Origin: Candidatus Krumholzibacteriia bacterium
GTDB lineage: Bacteria; Krumholzibacteriota; Krumholzibacteriia; LZORAL124-64-63
Direction: 5' to 3'
Assembly (NCBI GenBank): GCA_050174015.1
Contig: JBFXKG010000012.1
Location: 44,622-108,621 of the forward strand
Length of the DNA stretch: 64,000 nt
Shown here: positions 1 to 9,847 of the stretch, one piece after another
Numbering within the stretch: position 1 is the first letter of the stretch
How the letters are laid out: every line of letters starts with the position of its first letter
Program-made: the position numbers and the translations under genes
Notes under the pieces: generated by a model
What the model saw: only the letters and a program-made list of their open reading frames with translations
Databases searched by the model: none
What the model was told of the DNA's origin: nothing

Positions 1-1
1 C

Positions 2-115
2 GCCGACGTCGAGGTCATCCCGATCCAGCAGGTCAACGAGGCGTACGAGCGGATGCTGAAGTCCGACGTGAAGTACCGTTTCTCCATCGACATGGCGTCG
101 TTGAAGAACGAATAG
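2..115 (+). CDS. C-terminal end of a Zn-dependent NAD(P) alcohol dehydrogenase (cinnamyl-ADH/YahK-like), 5'-truncated by the window edge
   Basis: Manual translation from position 2: [37 protein letters not shown]. This is the typical CAD-family C-terminus; TAG at 113-115. Confidence 0.8.
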   Translation, partial: ADVEVIPIQQVNEAYERMLKSDVKYRFSIDMASLKNE

Positions 116-126
116 GATTCCGGTGG

Positions 127-153
127 GGAGGCCGGTCCCGAGGGCCGGCCTCC
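127..153 (+). terminator. GC-rich hairpin after the ADH stop
   Basis: GGAGGCCGGTCC-CGA-GGGCCGGCCTCC, a 12-bp stem with one G-U pair; no U-tract. Confidence 0.5.
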
Positions 154-375
154 ACGGAATCGCCTTGCCCCTTCCCTGGGGGCGTATTTGATGAATGGAC
201 TGGTAAAACCGGTCACGGCGGGCGTGATATTTGAACAAGTAGCTTCATTTCAGTCGATGATTTCGATAAACAACCCCGAAATTCTTAAAAAAGGATTGAC
301 GCGGTCCTGTTTTTGGGGGAGATTCTTCCCCTACCACATAGGTGGGGGTAAAAACCATAGCAGGAGGTCCCGCAA

Positions 376-891
376 ATGAAGCGAATGGGATCGGGGTGCG
401 GGGTGCTTGTGTGTCTTTTCCTTCTCGCCGGATGCCAGGGTGACGATTCGCCCATGTCCGTCGAGAGACAGCAGAAATGGAACGCGAAGCTGGCCGGGTA
501 CCAGGCCCAGGTCGACCAGGTCAAGGCCGAGGTCGAGGGCGTCACCGACCTGCGCGAGGTCTTCGGCGAAGGCAGCGGCGAGGTCGCCGGCGACGGCACC
601 TTCATCGGCGACGGTGTGGGCACCGCGACCCTGACGGGCGTCGGGGTCGTCACCGGCACGGTCGAGGGCAGCTTCAAGGTCAAGGGGACCCGCGATGTCA
701 GCGTCACCGGTCTGGTCTACCAGGGCAAGGAAGCGGAGTACGACCGTTACGCCGGATTCGGGTACTTCACAGCCACCTCGGACGTGGCCCAGGAGATCGA
801 GGTCGTCGTCGACGGTGATTGCTGGGTCGTGGGCGCGGGAACCGGCATGGTCTTCTGGTCGGGAGAGGGCTGGGCGTTCTGGTACCACTAG
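376..891 (+). CDS. Hypothetical lipoprotein with a Gly-periodic beta-rich C-terminal region
   Basis: GGAGG RBS upstream, lipobox LLAG-C20, GC3-biased codons; family not recognised. Confidence 0.75.
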   Translation: MKRMGSGCGVLVCLFLLAGCQGDDSPMSVERQQKWNAKLAGYQAQVDQVKAEVEGVTDLREVFGEGSGEVAGDGTFIGDGVGTATLTGVGVVTGTVEGSFKVKGTRDVSVTGLVYQGKEAEYDRYAGFGYFTATSDVAQEIEVVVDGDCWVVGAGTGMVFWSGEGWAFWYH

Positions 892-955
892 TCCGCTGGA
901 TGATGAGGCCGATCCTCCCGGCAACGGGAAATGAGGCCCGATCCGGATTTCTTGT

Positions 956-984
956 CCAGGCCCCGGGATTTTTCCGGGGCCTGG
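956..984. terminator. Hairpin between the lipoprotein and ABC-F genes
   Basis: CCAGGCCCCGG-N7-CCGGGGCCTGG, a perfect 11-bp stem; weak U-tract. Confidence 0.45.
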
Positions 985-1075
985 TGCTATATTCCCCGGT
1001 CCTTTCCGGTCTCCGGAACCCCCACAGCTTCAACCCGCGGCGGTCGGCCGTCCGCCAGATCCGGATGTCCCCGCA

Positions 1076-2734
1076 GTGATCAATCTGACCGGCATCTCCA
1101 AGCGCTACGGGCGCCAGATCCTCTTCGTGGAGACCTCGTTCCAGCTCAACCCCGGCGAGAAGGTCGGGCTCGTGGGACCCAACGGCGCGGGAAAGACCAC
1201 CGTCTTCCGCATGATCACCGGCGAGGAGAGCCCCGACGAGGGGACGGTCTCGGTGCCGAAGAGGACCACCATCGGGTACTTCAGGCAGGACATCGGGGAC
1301 ATGGCCGGCCGCTCGGTCCTGGACGAGACCATCGCGGGCTGCGGCGACCTGGGCGAACTCCACCACGATTTGCAGGACCTGGAGCACGCCCTGGCCGACC
1401 CCGACCGGGCCGACGAGATGGACGGGATCCTCGCCCGGTTCGGCGAGGTCCTGGACTCCTACCAGAGCCGCGGAGGCTACGAGCTGGAGGCCCGGGCCAA
1501 GGAGATCCTGCACGGCCTGGGGTTCGCCGACGACCGGATCGCAGGCGATGCGGGCCACCTGTCCGGGGGCTGGAAGATGCGCATCGGCATGGCCCGGGTG
1601 CTGCTCTCGCGGCCCGACGTGCTGCTCATGGACGAGCCCACCAACCACCTGGACATCGAATCCATCCTGTGGCTGGAGACCTTCATCAAGGGCTACCCCG
1701 GGGCGGTGCTGCTGACCTGCCACGACAAGGACTTCATGAACCGCGTGGTCTCGCGGATCATCGACATCGACGGCGGCGAGTTCGTCTCCTACACCGGGAA
1801 CTACGACTTCTTCGTCCAGCAACGGGCGGTGGCCGAGGCCAACCGCGAGGCCACCTTCGCCCGGCAGCAGGCCATGCTGGCCAAGGAGCGCCGCTTCGTC
1901 GAGCGGTTCGCGTCCCACGTGGCCAAGGCCGCCCAGGTGCAGAGCCGCCTGAAGAAGCTGGACAAGATCGAGATGGTCGAGCCGCCCCGGCGGCGCAAGG
2001 TCGTCGAGTTCGAGTACCGCAAGCCGCCGCGCTCGGGCGAGGACGTGGTCGCGATCAAGGGCCTGGCCAAGGCCTACGGGGACCGCGTCGTCTACGACGG
2101 CTTCGACCTGATGATCCGGCGCACCGAACGGTGGTGCGTCCTGGGCTGCAACGGGGCCGGCAAGACCACGCTGCTCAAGCTGGTGGCGGGGATCATCGAG
2201 CCCGATGCCGGCACGGTGAGGCTGGGGGCCAACCTGAAGGTCGGCTACTTCGCCCAGCAGGCCCTCGAACAGCTCGACCCCGGCCTGACCGTCTTCGAGC
2301 ACCTGCAGAAGGCCTTTCCTGCCGAGGGCCCCGGCGTCCTGCGGAATCTCCTGGGGGCCTTCCAGTTCAGCGGCGACGATGCGGACAAGCCCTGCCGCAT
2401 CCTCTCGGGCGGGGAGAAGTCGCGCCTGGTCCTGGCGCGCATGCTGCTGGATCCGCCCAACTTCCTGATCCTCGACGAGCCCACCAACCACCTCGACCTC
2501 GAGACCAAGGAGATGCTGGTGAAGTCGCTGGCGGACTTCGAGGGCACCATGCTCTTCGTCAGCCACGACCGGACCTTCCTCAAGGGCCTCAGCAATCGGG
2601 TCCTGGTTCTCGGCGGCGCCGGCGCCGCGGCCGCGGGGGAGGACCCCGGATACCAGGCGCCCCGGATCTACGACGGGTCCTACACGGAGTACGTGGCGAG
2701 CACTGGCAGCGAGTCGGCGGGCGTGCACCGCTGA
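1076..2734 (+). CDS. ABC-F family ATP-binding protein (ribosome-associated)
   Basis: Two NBDs (GPNGAGKTT...LSGGW...LLMDEPTNHLD; GCNGAGKTT...LSGGE...LILDEPTNHLD) with an interdomain linker and no TM segments; GTG start. Confidence 0.95.
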   Translation: MINLTGISKRYGRQILFVETSFQLNPGEKVGLVGPNGAGKTTVFRMITGEESPDEGTVSVPKRTTIGYFRQDIGDMAGRSVLDETIAGCGDLGELHHDLQDLEHALADPDRADEMDGILARFGEVLDSYQSRGGYELEARAKEILHGLGFADDRIAGDAGHLSGGWKMRIGMARVLLSRPDVLLMDEPTNHLDIESILWLETFIKGYPGAVLLTCHDKDFMNRVVSRIIDIDGGEFVSYTGNYDFFVQQRAVAEANREATFARQQAMLAKERRFVERFASHVAKAAQVQSRLKKLDKIEMVEPPRRRKVVEFEYRKPPRSGEDVVAIKGLAKAYGDRVVYDGFDLMIRRTERWCVLGCNGAGKTTLLKLVAGIIEPDAGTVRLGANLKVGYFAQQALEQLDPGLTVFEHLQKAFPAEGPGVLRNLLGAFQFSGDDADKPCRILSGGEKSRLVLARMLLDPPNFLILDEPTNHLDLETKEMLVKSLADFEGTMLFVSHDRTFLKGLSNRVLVLGGAGAAAAGEDPGYQAPRIYDGSYTEYVASTGSESAGVHR

Positions 2735-2837
2735 GACCGAGGCCGTGCCCAGGGCCTTGAATTCGGATCACCTGGGGGTTACGATGGGCAGGATTCTCGC
2801 GGAATCCGAGGGCGGATCCTATCCAGGGAGGTCACCG

Positions 2838-3335
2838 ATGCACGAGAAGAGCGTGACGCTGCTGAACCAGGCGGTCGCCGACGAGCTGTCGGCCGTCCAC
2901 CAGTACATGTACTGGCACTTCCACTGCGACGACCAGGGCTTCGACCTTCTCGCCGGCCTGTTCAAGCGGACGGCGATCGAGGAGATGATCCACATCGAGA
3001 AGCTGGCCGAACGCATCCTCTTCCTCAAGGGCGAGGTGGAGATGACTGCCAGTGATCCGGTCAAGAAGGAGACCGACGTCCAGAAGATGCTGGAGATGGC
3101 CGCCGGCATGGAGGAACACAGCGCCAAGGACTACAACCGCATGGCCAACGAGTGCGCCCAGAACGCCGACAGCCGATCCAAGCAGCTGTTCGAGGAACTG
3201 GTGGCCGACGAGGAGCGCCACTACGACCAGTACGACACCGAGCTGGACAACCTCGCCCGCTTCGGCAAGGACTACCTCGCCCTGCAGAGCATCGAGCGGG
3301 CCAGGAATCGCGGGGCCGGCAATCCTCCCGAATGA
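2838..3335 (+). CDS. bfr: Bacterioferritin
   Basis: Ferroxidase residues DELSAVHQY, EEMIH (heme-ligand Met retained), DEERH; ATG at 2838 after GGAGG. Confidence 0.88.
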   Translation: MHEKSVTLLNQAVADELSAVHQYMYWHFHCDDQGFDLLAGLFKRTAIEEMIHIEKLAERILFLKGEVEMTASDPVKKETDVQKMLEMAAGMEEHSAKDYNRMANECAQNADSRSKQLFEELVADEERHYDQYDTELDNLARFGKDYLALQSIERARNRGAGNPPE

Positions 3336-3356
3336 CCCACGATCCGGCGGTTCACC

Positions 3357-3388
3357 GGCGGAGCGGGAGGCTTCCCGCTCCGCCTTTT
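3357..3388 (+). terminator. Rho-independent terminator after bfr
   Basis: GGCGGAGCGGGA-loop-TCCCGCTCCGCC followed by TTTT. Confidence 0.8.
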
Positions 3389-3417
3389 GATGACACCCTC
3401 CCGGAAGGACCGTTCCC

Positions 3418-5640
3418 ATGTCCCGACCGATCTACCTCGACTACAACGCCACCACGCCCATCGATCCGGGCGTGGCCGCCGTCATGCGTCCCTACCTGGA
3501 GGAGTTCTTCGGCAACCCCTCCTCGAGCCACTGGTACGGGGTCCAGACCCACAAGGCGGTGGAGAAGGCCCGCCGGCAAGTCGCCGACCTGATCGGGGCG
3601 CGGCCGGGGGAGGTGGTCTTCACCAGCGGGGGCAGCGAGTCGAACAACTACGCCCTCAAGGGCGCGGCTTTCGCACTTCGATCCCGGGGCAACCACATCA
3701 TCACCTCGGTGGTGGAACATCCCGCCGTCGGGGAGGTCTGCCGTTACCTGGAGTCGCAGGGATTCACCGTCTCCCACCTGCCGGTCGACCGCACCGGAAG
3801 GGTCGATCCCGCCGACCTGGAGGATCTCATCACGCCGGGGACCATCCTGCTTTCGGTGATGCACGCCAACAACGAAACCGGCACGATCCAGCCCATCGCC
3901 GAGCTGGCGGAGATCGCCCGCCGTCACGGGATCGTGGTACATTCGGATGCGGCCCAGTCGGTCGGCAAGATCCCCGTGGACGTGGCCGGGCTAGGCGTCG
4001 ACCTGCTGTCGGTCGCCGGCCACAAGTTTTACGGGCCCAAGGGTATCGGGGCCCTGTACATCAGGCCGGGGGTCACCATCGAGAAGCTGATCCACGGCGC
4101 CGATCACGAGCGGAACCTGCGGGCCGGGACCGAGAACGTCCTGGAGATCGCCGGGTTGGGAGCTGCGGCCGAAATCGCCGCGGCCACCCTCGCGAAGAAC
4201 GCCGAGCACAGCCGCTCGCTGCGGGAACTGCTCTGGGACCGGCTGCATGCCGCCCTGCCGGAGATGCGTCTGAACGGGCATCCCGTCCTGCGCCTGCCCA
4301 ACACCCTGAACGTGAGCTTTCCCCGCATCGAAGCGAACACCCTCCTGGCCGAGCTGACGGGAGTGGCGGCTTCCGCCGGAGCGGCCTGCCACGCCGAGTC
4401 GGTCGAGGTGTCGAGCGTGATCGCCGCGATGAAGGTTCCGCCCGAATACGCCATGGGCACGGTCCGTTTCTCGACGGGGAAGTTCCTGACCCGCAAGGAG
4501 GTCGAGGAAGCGGCCGACCAGGTCATCGCCGCGGTGGAGCGGTTGCGCCCCCGGGAGGCCGGACCGGTCGGGCCGGTCGCGGTCCCCGAACGGGACTCCG
4601 TCAAGCTCACGCATTTCACCCATGGCCTGGGCTGCGCCTGCAAGTTGCGGCCCCAGGTGCTGGAAGAGGTGGTGCGGAACCTGCCCCCGGTGAACGACCC
4701 GGCGGTCCTGGTGGGAACCGGGTCGTCCGACGACGCAGCGGTCTATCGCCTCGACGAGAAGACGGCCATCGTGGGCACCGTGGATTTCTTCACACCCATC
4801 GTGGACGACCCCTACCATTTCGGGGCCATCGCCGCGGCCAACGCCCTCAGCGACGTTTACGCCATGGGGGCCGAGCCCCTGTTCGCCCTGAACATCGTCG
4901 GCTTTCCCACCAACCGGCTGCCGGTGTGGGTGCTCGAGGAGATCCTCAAGGGGGCGGCGGACAAGGCGGCCGAGGCCGGCATCCCCATCGTGGGCGGGCA
5001 CACGGTCGACGACACCGAACCGAAGTTCGGGATGGCGGTGACGGGCAGGGTCCATCCCGACCGGATCCTGTCCAATGCCGGAGCCCGGCCGGAGGATCGG
5101 TTGATCCTGACCAAGCCCCTGGGCCTGGGGATCATCACGACGGCTCTCAAGCGTGGTCTGGTGGACCCCGCGACCGCGGACCAGGCCATCCGGATCATGG
5201 CCGCCCTGAACCGGACGGCGGCTGAGGTCATGGGGCGTTTCGACGTTTCGGCCCTGACGGACGTCACGGGATTCGGCTTGCTGGGACATCTCCGGGAGAT
5301 GACCACCGGAAGCGGCGTGGATGCGGAAGTCTTCGCGGACAGGGTGCCGGTCATCCCCTCGGCGTGGGATCATGCGGCGGCGGGCATCGTCCCGGGGGGG
5401 ACCCGGGACAACCAGGCCTTCGTCGCCGATTCGGTGGACTGGGCCGACGGCGTCTCCGAACTCCAGAAGACCCTGCTCTGCGACGCCCAGACCAGCGGCG
5501 GCCTCCTGATCGCCGTGGCCGCGGACCAGGCGGACGACCTGGTGGCCGCCCTCCGCGAAGCCGGAGTGGATGCCGCCGTTGCGATCGGCAGCATCAGGGG
5601 CCCCGGCACGGGTCGGATCCGGGTTCGCCTGGATCGCTGA
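3418..5640 (+). CDS. selD: Fusion of a group I cysteine desulfurase/selenocysteine lyase (NifS/IscS-like) with selenophosphate synthetase SelD
   Basis: N-half: YLDYNATTP, FTSGGSESNN, PLP Lys in GHKFYGPKG, catalytic SAGAAC. C-half: HGLGCACKL, SDDAAVY, DFFTPIVDDP, ANALSDVYAMG, DVTGFGLLGH, DAQTSGGLL. One uninterrupted ORF. Confidence 0.93.
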   Translation: MSRPIYLDYNATTPIDPGVAAVMRPYLEEFFGNPSSSHWYGVQTHKAVEKARRQVADLIGARPGEVVFTSGGSESNNYALKGAAFALRSRGNHIITSVVEHPAVGEVCRYLESQGFTVSHLPVDRTGRVDPADLEDLITPGTILLSVMHANNETGTIQPIAELAEIARRHGIVVHSDAAQSVGKIPVDVAGLGVDLLSVAGHKFYGPKGIGALYIRPGVTIEKLIHGADHERNLRAGTENVLEIAGLGAAAEIAAATLAKNAEHSRSLRELLWDRLHAALPEMRLNGHPVLRLPNTLNVSFPRIEANTLLAELTGVAASAGAACHAESVEVSSVIAAMKVPPEYAMGTVRFSTGKFLTRKEVEEAADQVIAAVERLRPREAGPVGPVAVPERDSVKLTHFTHGLGCACKLRPQVLEEVVRNLPPVNDPAVLVGTGSSDDAAVYRLDEKTAIVGTVDFFTPIVDDPYHFGAIAAANALSDVYAMGAEPLFALNIVGFPTNRLPVWVLEEILKGAADKAAEAGIPIVGGHTVDDTEPKFGMAVTGRVHPDRILSNAGARPEDRLILTKPLGLGIITTALKRGLVDPATADQAIRIMAALNRTAAEVMGRFDVSALTDVTGFGLLGHLREMTTGSGVDAEVFADRVPVIPSAWDHAAAGIVPGGTRDNQAFVADSVDWADGVSELQKTLLCDAQTSGGLLIAVAADQADDLVAALREAGVDAAVAIGSIRGPGTGRIRVRLDR

Positions 5641-5641
5641 T

Positions 5642-6406
5642 CTACCAGCGTGCGGGATCCACGGCGAAGTGCTCGCTCAGCACGGCGTAGAGGTCCCCGA
5701 ACTCCTGACGGAGATCCCGGGGCAGGCTGAAGAAGAGCTCCACCGCGGTGGCGAAGAACTCGGCGGGGGATTCGGCGGCGTTGTCGTCGAAAAGGATCTC
5801 CCTTCTCCGCCGCAGGCTGCGTTCGTGGCGGCTGAAGGCCTGGGCGAAGGCGTCCGACCAGCGCGCCAGCAGTTCCTGGGACCCGATCAGGGGAGCCCCG
5901 TCCGCCTCGCCCGTCTGTTCGTCAAGCTGGTGGGCGAATTCGTGGAGGACGACGTTGTAGCCCCCCTCCGGCTCGCCGAGCTCCTCGGTGACGTCCTGCC
6001 AGCTGAGGATCACGGACCCGCGCTGCCACGACTCCCCGGCCAGCTCGTCCGGGTCCTCGCTGACGATCCCGAACTCGTCCTCGACCTGGTGTTGGACGGT
6101 GAACGCCTCGGGATAGATCAGGACCGTGTCGAGACCGGGGAAGTAGTCGGCGTGGGGATGGACCTGGAGCAGGGCTGCCTGGCAGCAGACCATCAGGGGC
6201 ATCTCGGGTTCGAGCGCGAGCCCTCCGCATCCCTCGAAGTGCTTCTCCTCCATCAGGACCCTGGCGGCCGCACGGACCCTCCCCGCCACGTCGTCGGGCA
6301 GGCGGCGCAGCATGGGCACGCGGCTGCAGGCCAGGCTCCAGGCCGGATCGTCCAGGCCTTCTGCCAGCAACTGCCGGCGCTTGCGGTTCCTCCTGAAGAA
6401 GATCAT
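5642..6406 (-). CDS. MtfA-like Zn-dependent peptidase (M90)
   Basis: GESWQRGSVILSW, NVVLHEFAHQLD (HExxH), AESPAEFFA. Confidence 0.88.
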   Translation of the reverse strand: MIFFRRNRKRRQLLAEGLDDPAWSLACSRVPMLRRLPDDVAGRVRAAARVLMEEKHFEGCGGLALEPEMPLMVCCQAALLQVHPHADYFPGLDTVLIYPEAFTVQHQVEDEFGIVSEDPDELAGESWQRGSVILSWQDVTEELGEPEGGYNVVLHEFAHQLDEQTGEADGAPLIGSQELLARWSDAFAQAFSRHERSLRRRREILFDDNAAESPAEFFATAVELFFSLPRDLRQEFGDLYAVLSEHFAVDPARW

Positions 6407-6451
6407 GCCCTTATGGTACCCGGGGAACCGCCGGGGGGCAACGGCCGGATT

Positions 6452-7669
6452 CTACTCGTACCTGAGGGCCTCGATGGGGTTCAGGGCGGCGGCCTTGCGG
6501 GCCGGCCAGAATCCGAAGAACACACCCACTCCGGCGGAGAACCCCAGGGCCAGGCCCACGGTTCCCGGATCGATCACCGTCGGCCATCCGGTGATCTCGC
6601 CCACCAGCCGGCTGCCGCCGTAGCCGAGGCCGACGCCCAGCAGGCCCCCGAACAATGAGAGCACCACGCTTTCGACCAGGAACTGGGTGAGGACGTCGCC
6701 GGGACGTGCGCCGATGGCCATGCGGATCCCGATCTCGCGGGTCCGCTCGGTGACCGACACCAGCATGATGTTCATGATGCCGATGCCGCCGACCAGGAGG
6801 GAGATCCCCGCGATGGCCGCCAGCAGGATGGTCATGACCTCGGTGGTGCCGGTGGCCGCCTCGGCGATGTCGTTCTGGTTGCGGACGGTGAAGTCGTCCT
6901 CCTCCCATTCGGCCAGGCCGTGGCTCTCCCGCAGGATCACCCCGGCCTCGTCCATGGCGGCGTCGACGTCGTCCGGGGACCAGGCCGATCCGAGGATCTG
7001 GGGGATGAACTGGCGGCCGGAGAGACGCTCCTGGACGGTGGTGTAGGGGCACAGGACCATGTCGTCCTGGTCGCTCCCGTCGGCGGTCTGGCCCTTCTCG
7101 GCCAGGACCCCGATGACGTTGAAGGGGACTCCGCGCAGGATGACCTGCTGCCCGATGGCGCTCTGCTCGGGAAAGAGGTTCTGAGCGACGGTGGCGCCGA
7201 GGACCGCCACCTTGCGGCGCGACCGGATGTCCTTGACGTCGAAGAACTGCCCGTCCTCCAGATTCCAGTCGCGGACGGTCCGGTAGGAGACGTCCACGCC
7301 GTAGATGGGGGCGCGCCAGTTGCCGCCGCCGCCGCGGATCCGGGAGAAGGTCATGATCACCGGGGAGACCTCGGCCAGGAGCAGGGATTCGCGGGCGAGC
7401 TTGACCGCGTCGTCGACGGTCAGGCTGCTCATCGTGCCCGCGCCCCGGCTGACCCCGCCCGTCGTGCTGGCGCCGGGAGTGATGACCACCATGTTGGTCC
7501 CGAGGTTGCGGATGTTCTCCTCGATGCGCGAGCGGGCTCCGCTGCCGATGGCCACCATGACGATCACCGCGCCGACGCCGATGATGATGCCCAGCATGGT
7601 CAGGGCGCTGCGCAGCTTGGTGCGGGCGATGCCCCGCAGGGCGATCCGGATCAGCTGGTCGGGGCGCAT
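6452..7669 (-). CDS. MacB-like ABC transporter permease
   Basis: RSALTMLGIIIGV, periplasmic domain, GGIGIMNIMLVSVTERTREIGIRMAIGA, LNPIEALRYE. Confidence 0.93.
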   Translation of the reverse strand: MRPDQLIRIALRGIARTKLRSALTMLGIIIGVGAVIVMVAIGSGARSRIEENIRNLGTNMVVITPGASTTGGVSRGAGTMSSLTVDDAVKLARESLLLAEVSPVIMTFSRIRGGGGNWRAPIYGVDVSYRTVRDWNLEDGQFFDVKDIRSRRKVAVLGATVAQNLFPEQSAIGQQVILRGVPFNVIGVLAEKGQTADGSDQDDMVLCPYTTVQERLSGRQFIPQILGSAWSPDDVDAAMDEAGVILRESHGLAEWEEDDFTVRNQNDIAEAATGTTEVMTILLAAIAGISLLVGGIGIMNIMLVSVTERTREIGIRMAIGARPGDVLTQFLVESVVLSLFGGLLGVGLGYGGSRLVGEITGWPTVIDPGTVGLALGFSAGVGVFFGFWPARKAAALNPIEALRYE

Positions 7670-8409
7670 GCGACACCTCCGGTGGGCAGGGCGGCCAGGT
7701 CGACCCGGGCGTCGCCGCGGCCGGCGACCGGCTCGTCCCTGACGATCCGTCCGTCCCGCAGCTCGACGATGCGCCGGGCGTAACGGGCGATGTCCTGTTC
7801 ATGGGTCACCATCAGCAGGGTCAGCCCCTGGTCGTTCAGTTCCTGGAACAGGGCGAGGACCTCGATGCTGGTGCGGGTGTCGAGATTGCCCGTGGGTTCG
7901 TCGGCCAGCAGCAGGGCCGGTCCGGTGACCAGCGCCCGGGCGATGGCCACCCGCTGCTGCTGCCCTCCCGACAGCTCGTTGGGCAGATGGGAGGCCCGGT
8001 CGGCCAGCCCCACACGCTCCAGAGCCTTGCGGGCCAGGTCCCGGGGCCGGCCGGGCCGGCCGGTGCGGTCGTAGAGCAGGGGCAGTTCGACGTTCTCCAG
8101 GGCGCTGGTCCGGGCCAGCAGGTTGAAGCCCTGGAAGACGAATCCCAGCCTGCGGTTGCGGATGTCGGCCAGCCGGTTGCGGTCCAGGCTCTCGACCCGT
8201 TCGCCGTCCAGCTCGTAGCTGCCGGAGGTCGGCTGGTCCAGGCAACCGATGATGTTCATCAGGGTGGACTTCCCCGACCCCGAGGCTCCCATCACGGCCA
8301 CCATCTCCCCCGGCTCCACGACCAGGTCGATGCCCGCCAGGGCGTCCACCCGCGTGGCGCCCATGTCGTAGGTCTTGGTCAGCTCCCGGATGCGGATGAT
8401 GTCGCCCAT
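7651..8409 (-). CDS. ABC transporter ATP-binding protein (MacB/LolD-type)
   Basis: GASGSGKST, LSGGQQQRVAIARAL, LLADEPTGNLD; start set at MGDII (8409); 19-bp overlap with the permease. Confidence 0.93.
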   Translation of the reverse strand: MGDIIRIRELTKTYDMGATRVDALAGIDLVVEPGEMVAVMGASGSGKSTLMNIIGCLDQPTSGSYELDGERVESLDRNRLADIRNRRLGFVFQGFNLLARTSALENVELPLLYDRTGRPGRPRDLARKALERVGLADRASHLPNELSGGQQQRVAIARALVTGPALLLADEPTGNLDTRTSIEVLALFQELNDQGLTLLMVTHEQDIARYARRIVELRDGRIVRDEPVAGRGDARVDLAALPTGGVACAPTS

Positions 8410-8410
8410 G

Positions 8411-9685
8411 CTAGAACCCGCCCGGTCGCGGCGGACCCGATGGCCGGCCCTGCTGCTGGAAGGGCGAGCTCGCCGCCGCGGCGGCCTTGCTGGCGACGCC
8501 CGCGATGACCTCCAGTCCCTCGACCAGGTCACGCCCCTCGACGGCCGTGTTGGTGCCGTCGGTGATGCCGGTGCGGACCATGACGACGTCCAGGGTCCCG
8601 TCCTCGCGGGTCACCCAGAGCATGCCCCGGTCGGCGGGCATCGTGCCGCCGGGTTGCCCGCCCTGCCCGCCGGGCCCGGAGTCGGCGCCTTGACCGCGGG
8701 GACCCGTCGTCCCCTCCTCGCCCGGGCCCCGGCCTCGCTCGGCCCGCCTGCGCGCGAAGGCCGCGGCCATCTCTTCCTGGGACGGGCGGAAGCGGAGGGC
8801 GGCGTTGGGTGCGAACAGGACGTCGGTGGCCTCGTCGACGATGAAGTCGACGGTGGCGGTCATGCCGGGGAGCAGCCGCATCCCGGGATTCTCCACGCGG
8901 ACGACCACCTGGTAGTTGACGACGTTGTCGTCGACCACCGACTGCAGCCGCAACTGCCTGACGGTTCCCTGGAAGGTATCGTCCGGGTAGGCCTGGACCG
9001 TGAATCTGGTGGCCTGGCCTTCACGGATCCGGCCGATGTCGCTCTCGTCCACGGCCGCCAGGATCTGCATCTCGGTCAGATCCCCGGCGATCTGGAAGAG
9101 TTCGGGGGCGGAAAAGGAGGACTGGACGGTCTGGCCCACGTCGACCGATCGCCGGACGACGGTCCCGGCGATGGGGGCCGTGATGGTGGCGTAGGCCAGG
9201 TTCCGCCGGGCCCGGTCCAGGTCTACCCGCGCGCCCTTCAGACCGGCCCGGGCCACGTCCAGGCCGTACTGGACCCCGTTGAACTCGCTGGCCGAGATCA
9301 TCTCCTCGCGGAAAAGGGGTTCGGTGCGGGCGAACTCCCGTTCGGCCTGGCGGAGCTCCGCGGTCGCACGGTCCAGCTGGGCCTCGGCCGAGGCCACCGC
9401 CGCGGCCAGCAGGGTCGTGTCGATGCGGGCGATGACCTGCCCTGCGGCGACCCGGTCGTTGAAGTCGGTCAGGATCTCGTCGACGATCCCGCTGACCTGG
9501 GTGCCGACCTGGACGGTCGTGACCGGTTCGAGGGTCCCGGTGCTGGTCACCACGGAAGCCAGGTCGCCGCGGGCGACGGCGACCAGACGGAAGGAGGCGG
9601 CCTGGTCGCCGTCTTCGCCGCGCACCTGCCAGTAGACGGCGGCCGCGACCAGACAGAAGGCCAGGACGGTCAGGGCTCTTTTCAT
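8411..9685 (-). CDS. MacA/HlyD-family periplasmic adaptor subunit
   Basis: N-terminal anchor, VQVGTQVSG, alpha-hairpin, ITAPIAGTV, LLPGMTA. Confidence 0.92.
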   Translation of the reverse strand: MKRALTVLAFCLVAAAVYWQVRGEDGDQAASFRLVAVARGDLASVVTSTGTLEPVTTVQVGTQVSGIVDEILTDFNDRVAAGQVIARIDTTLLAAAVASAEAQLDRATAELRQAEREFARTEPLFREEMISASEFNGVQYGLDVARAGLKGARVDLDRARRNLAYATITAPIAGTVVRRSVDVGQTVQSSFSAPELFQIAGDLTEMQILAAVDESDIGRIREGQATRFTVQAYPDDTFQGTVRQLRLQSVVDDNVVNYQVVVRVENPGMRLLPGMTATVDFIVDEATDVLFAPNAALRFRPSQEEMAAAFARRRAERGRGPGEEGTTGPRGQGADSGPGGQGGQPGGTMPADRGMLWVTREDGTLDVVMVRTGITDGTNTAVEGRDLVEGLEVIAGVASKAAAAASSPFQQQGRPSGPPRPGGF

Positions 9686-9796
9686 GAGGCGCTCCGATGC
9701 GAGAGGGGACGCGAGGGTGCTTGCGCAACACCGAACGACTGTGCATCCGGATTCCAGCGGCGGACAAGGGGATTTTTTCCAGGCAGGGTGTGGAGG

Positions 9797-9827
9797 AAAA
9801 AAGCCGGCGCCGCGGGGGCGCCGGCTT
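9797..9827 (-). terminator. Rho-independent terminator for the minus-strand paralog at 9848-10567
   Basis: AAGCCGGCGCC-GCGGG-GGCGCCGGCTT preceded on the plus strand by an A run (U-tract on the minus strand). Confidence 0.8.
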
Positions 9828-9847
9828 GGGGAATCGCCGATCCGGAC

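Noticed and set aside
4620-4650. Possible selenocysteine in the SelD active site, or UGA readthrough elsewhere
   Set aside because: Both Cys in GCACK use TGC codons. I saw no ORF pair split by an in-frame TGA with continuing homology; a SECIS search was not run.
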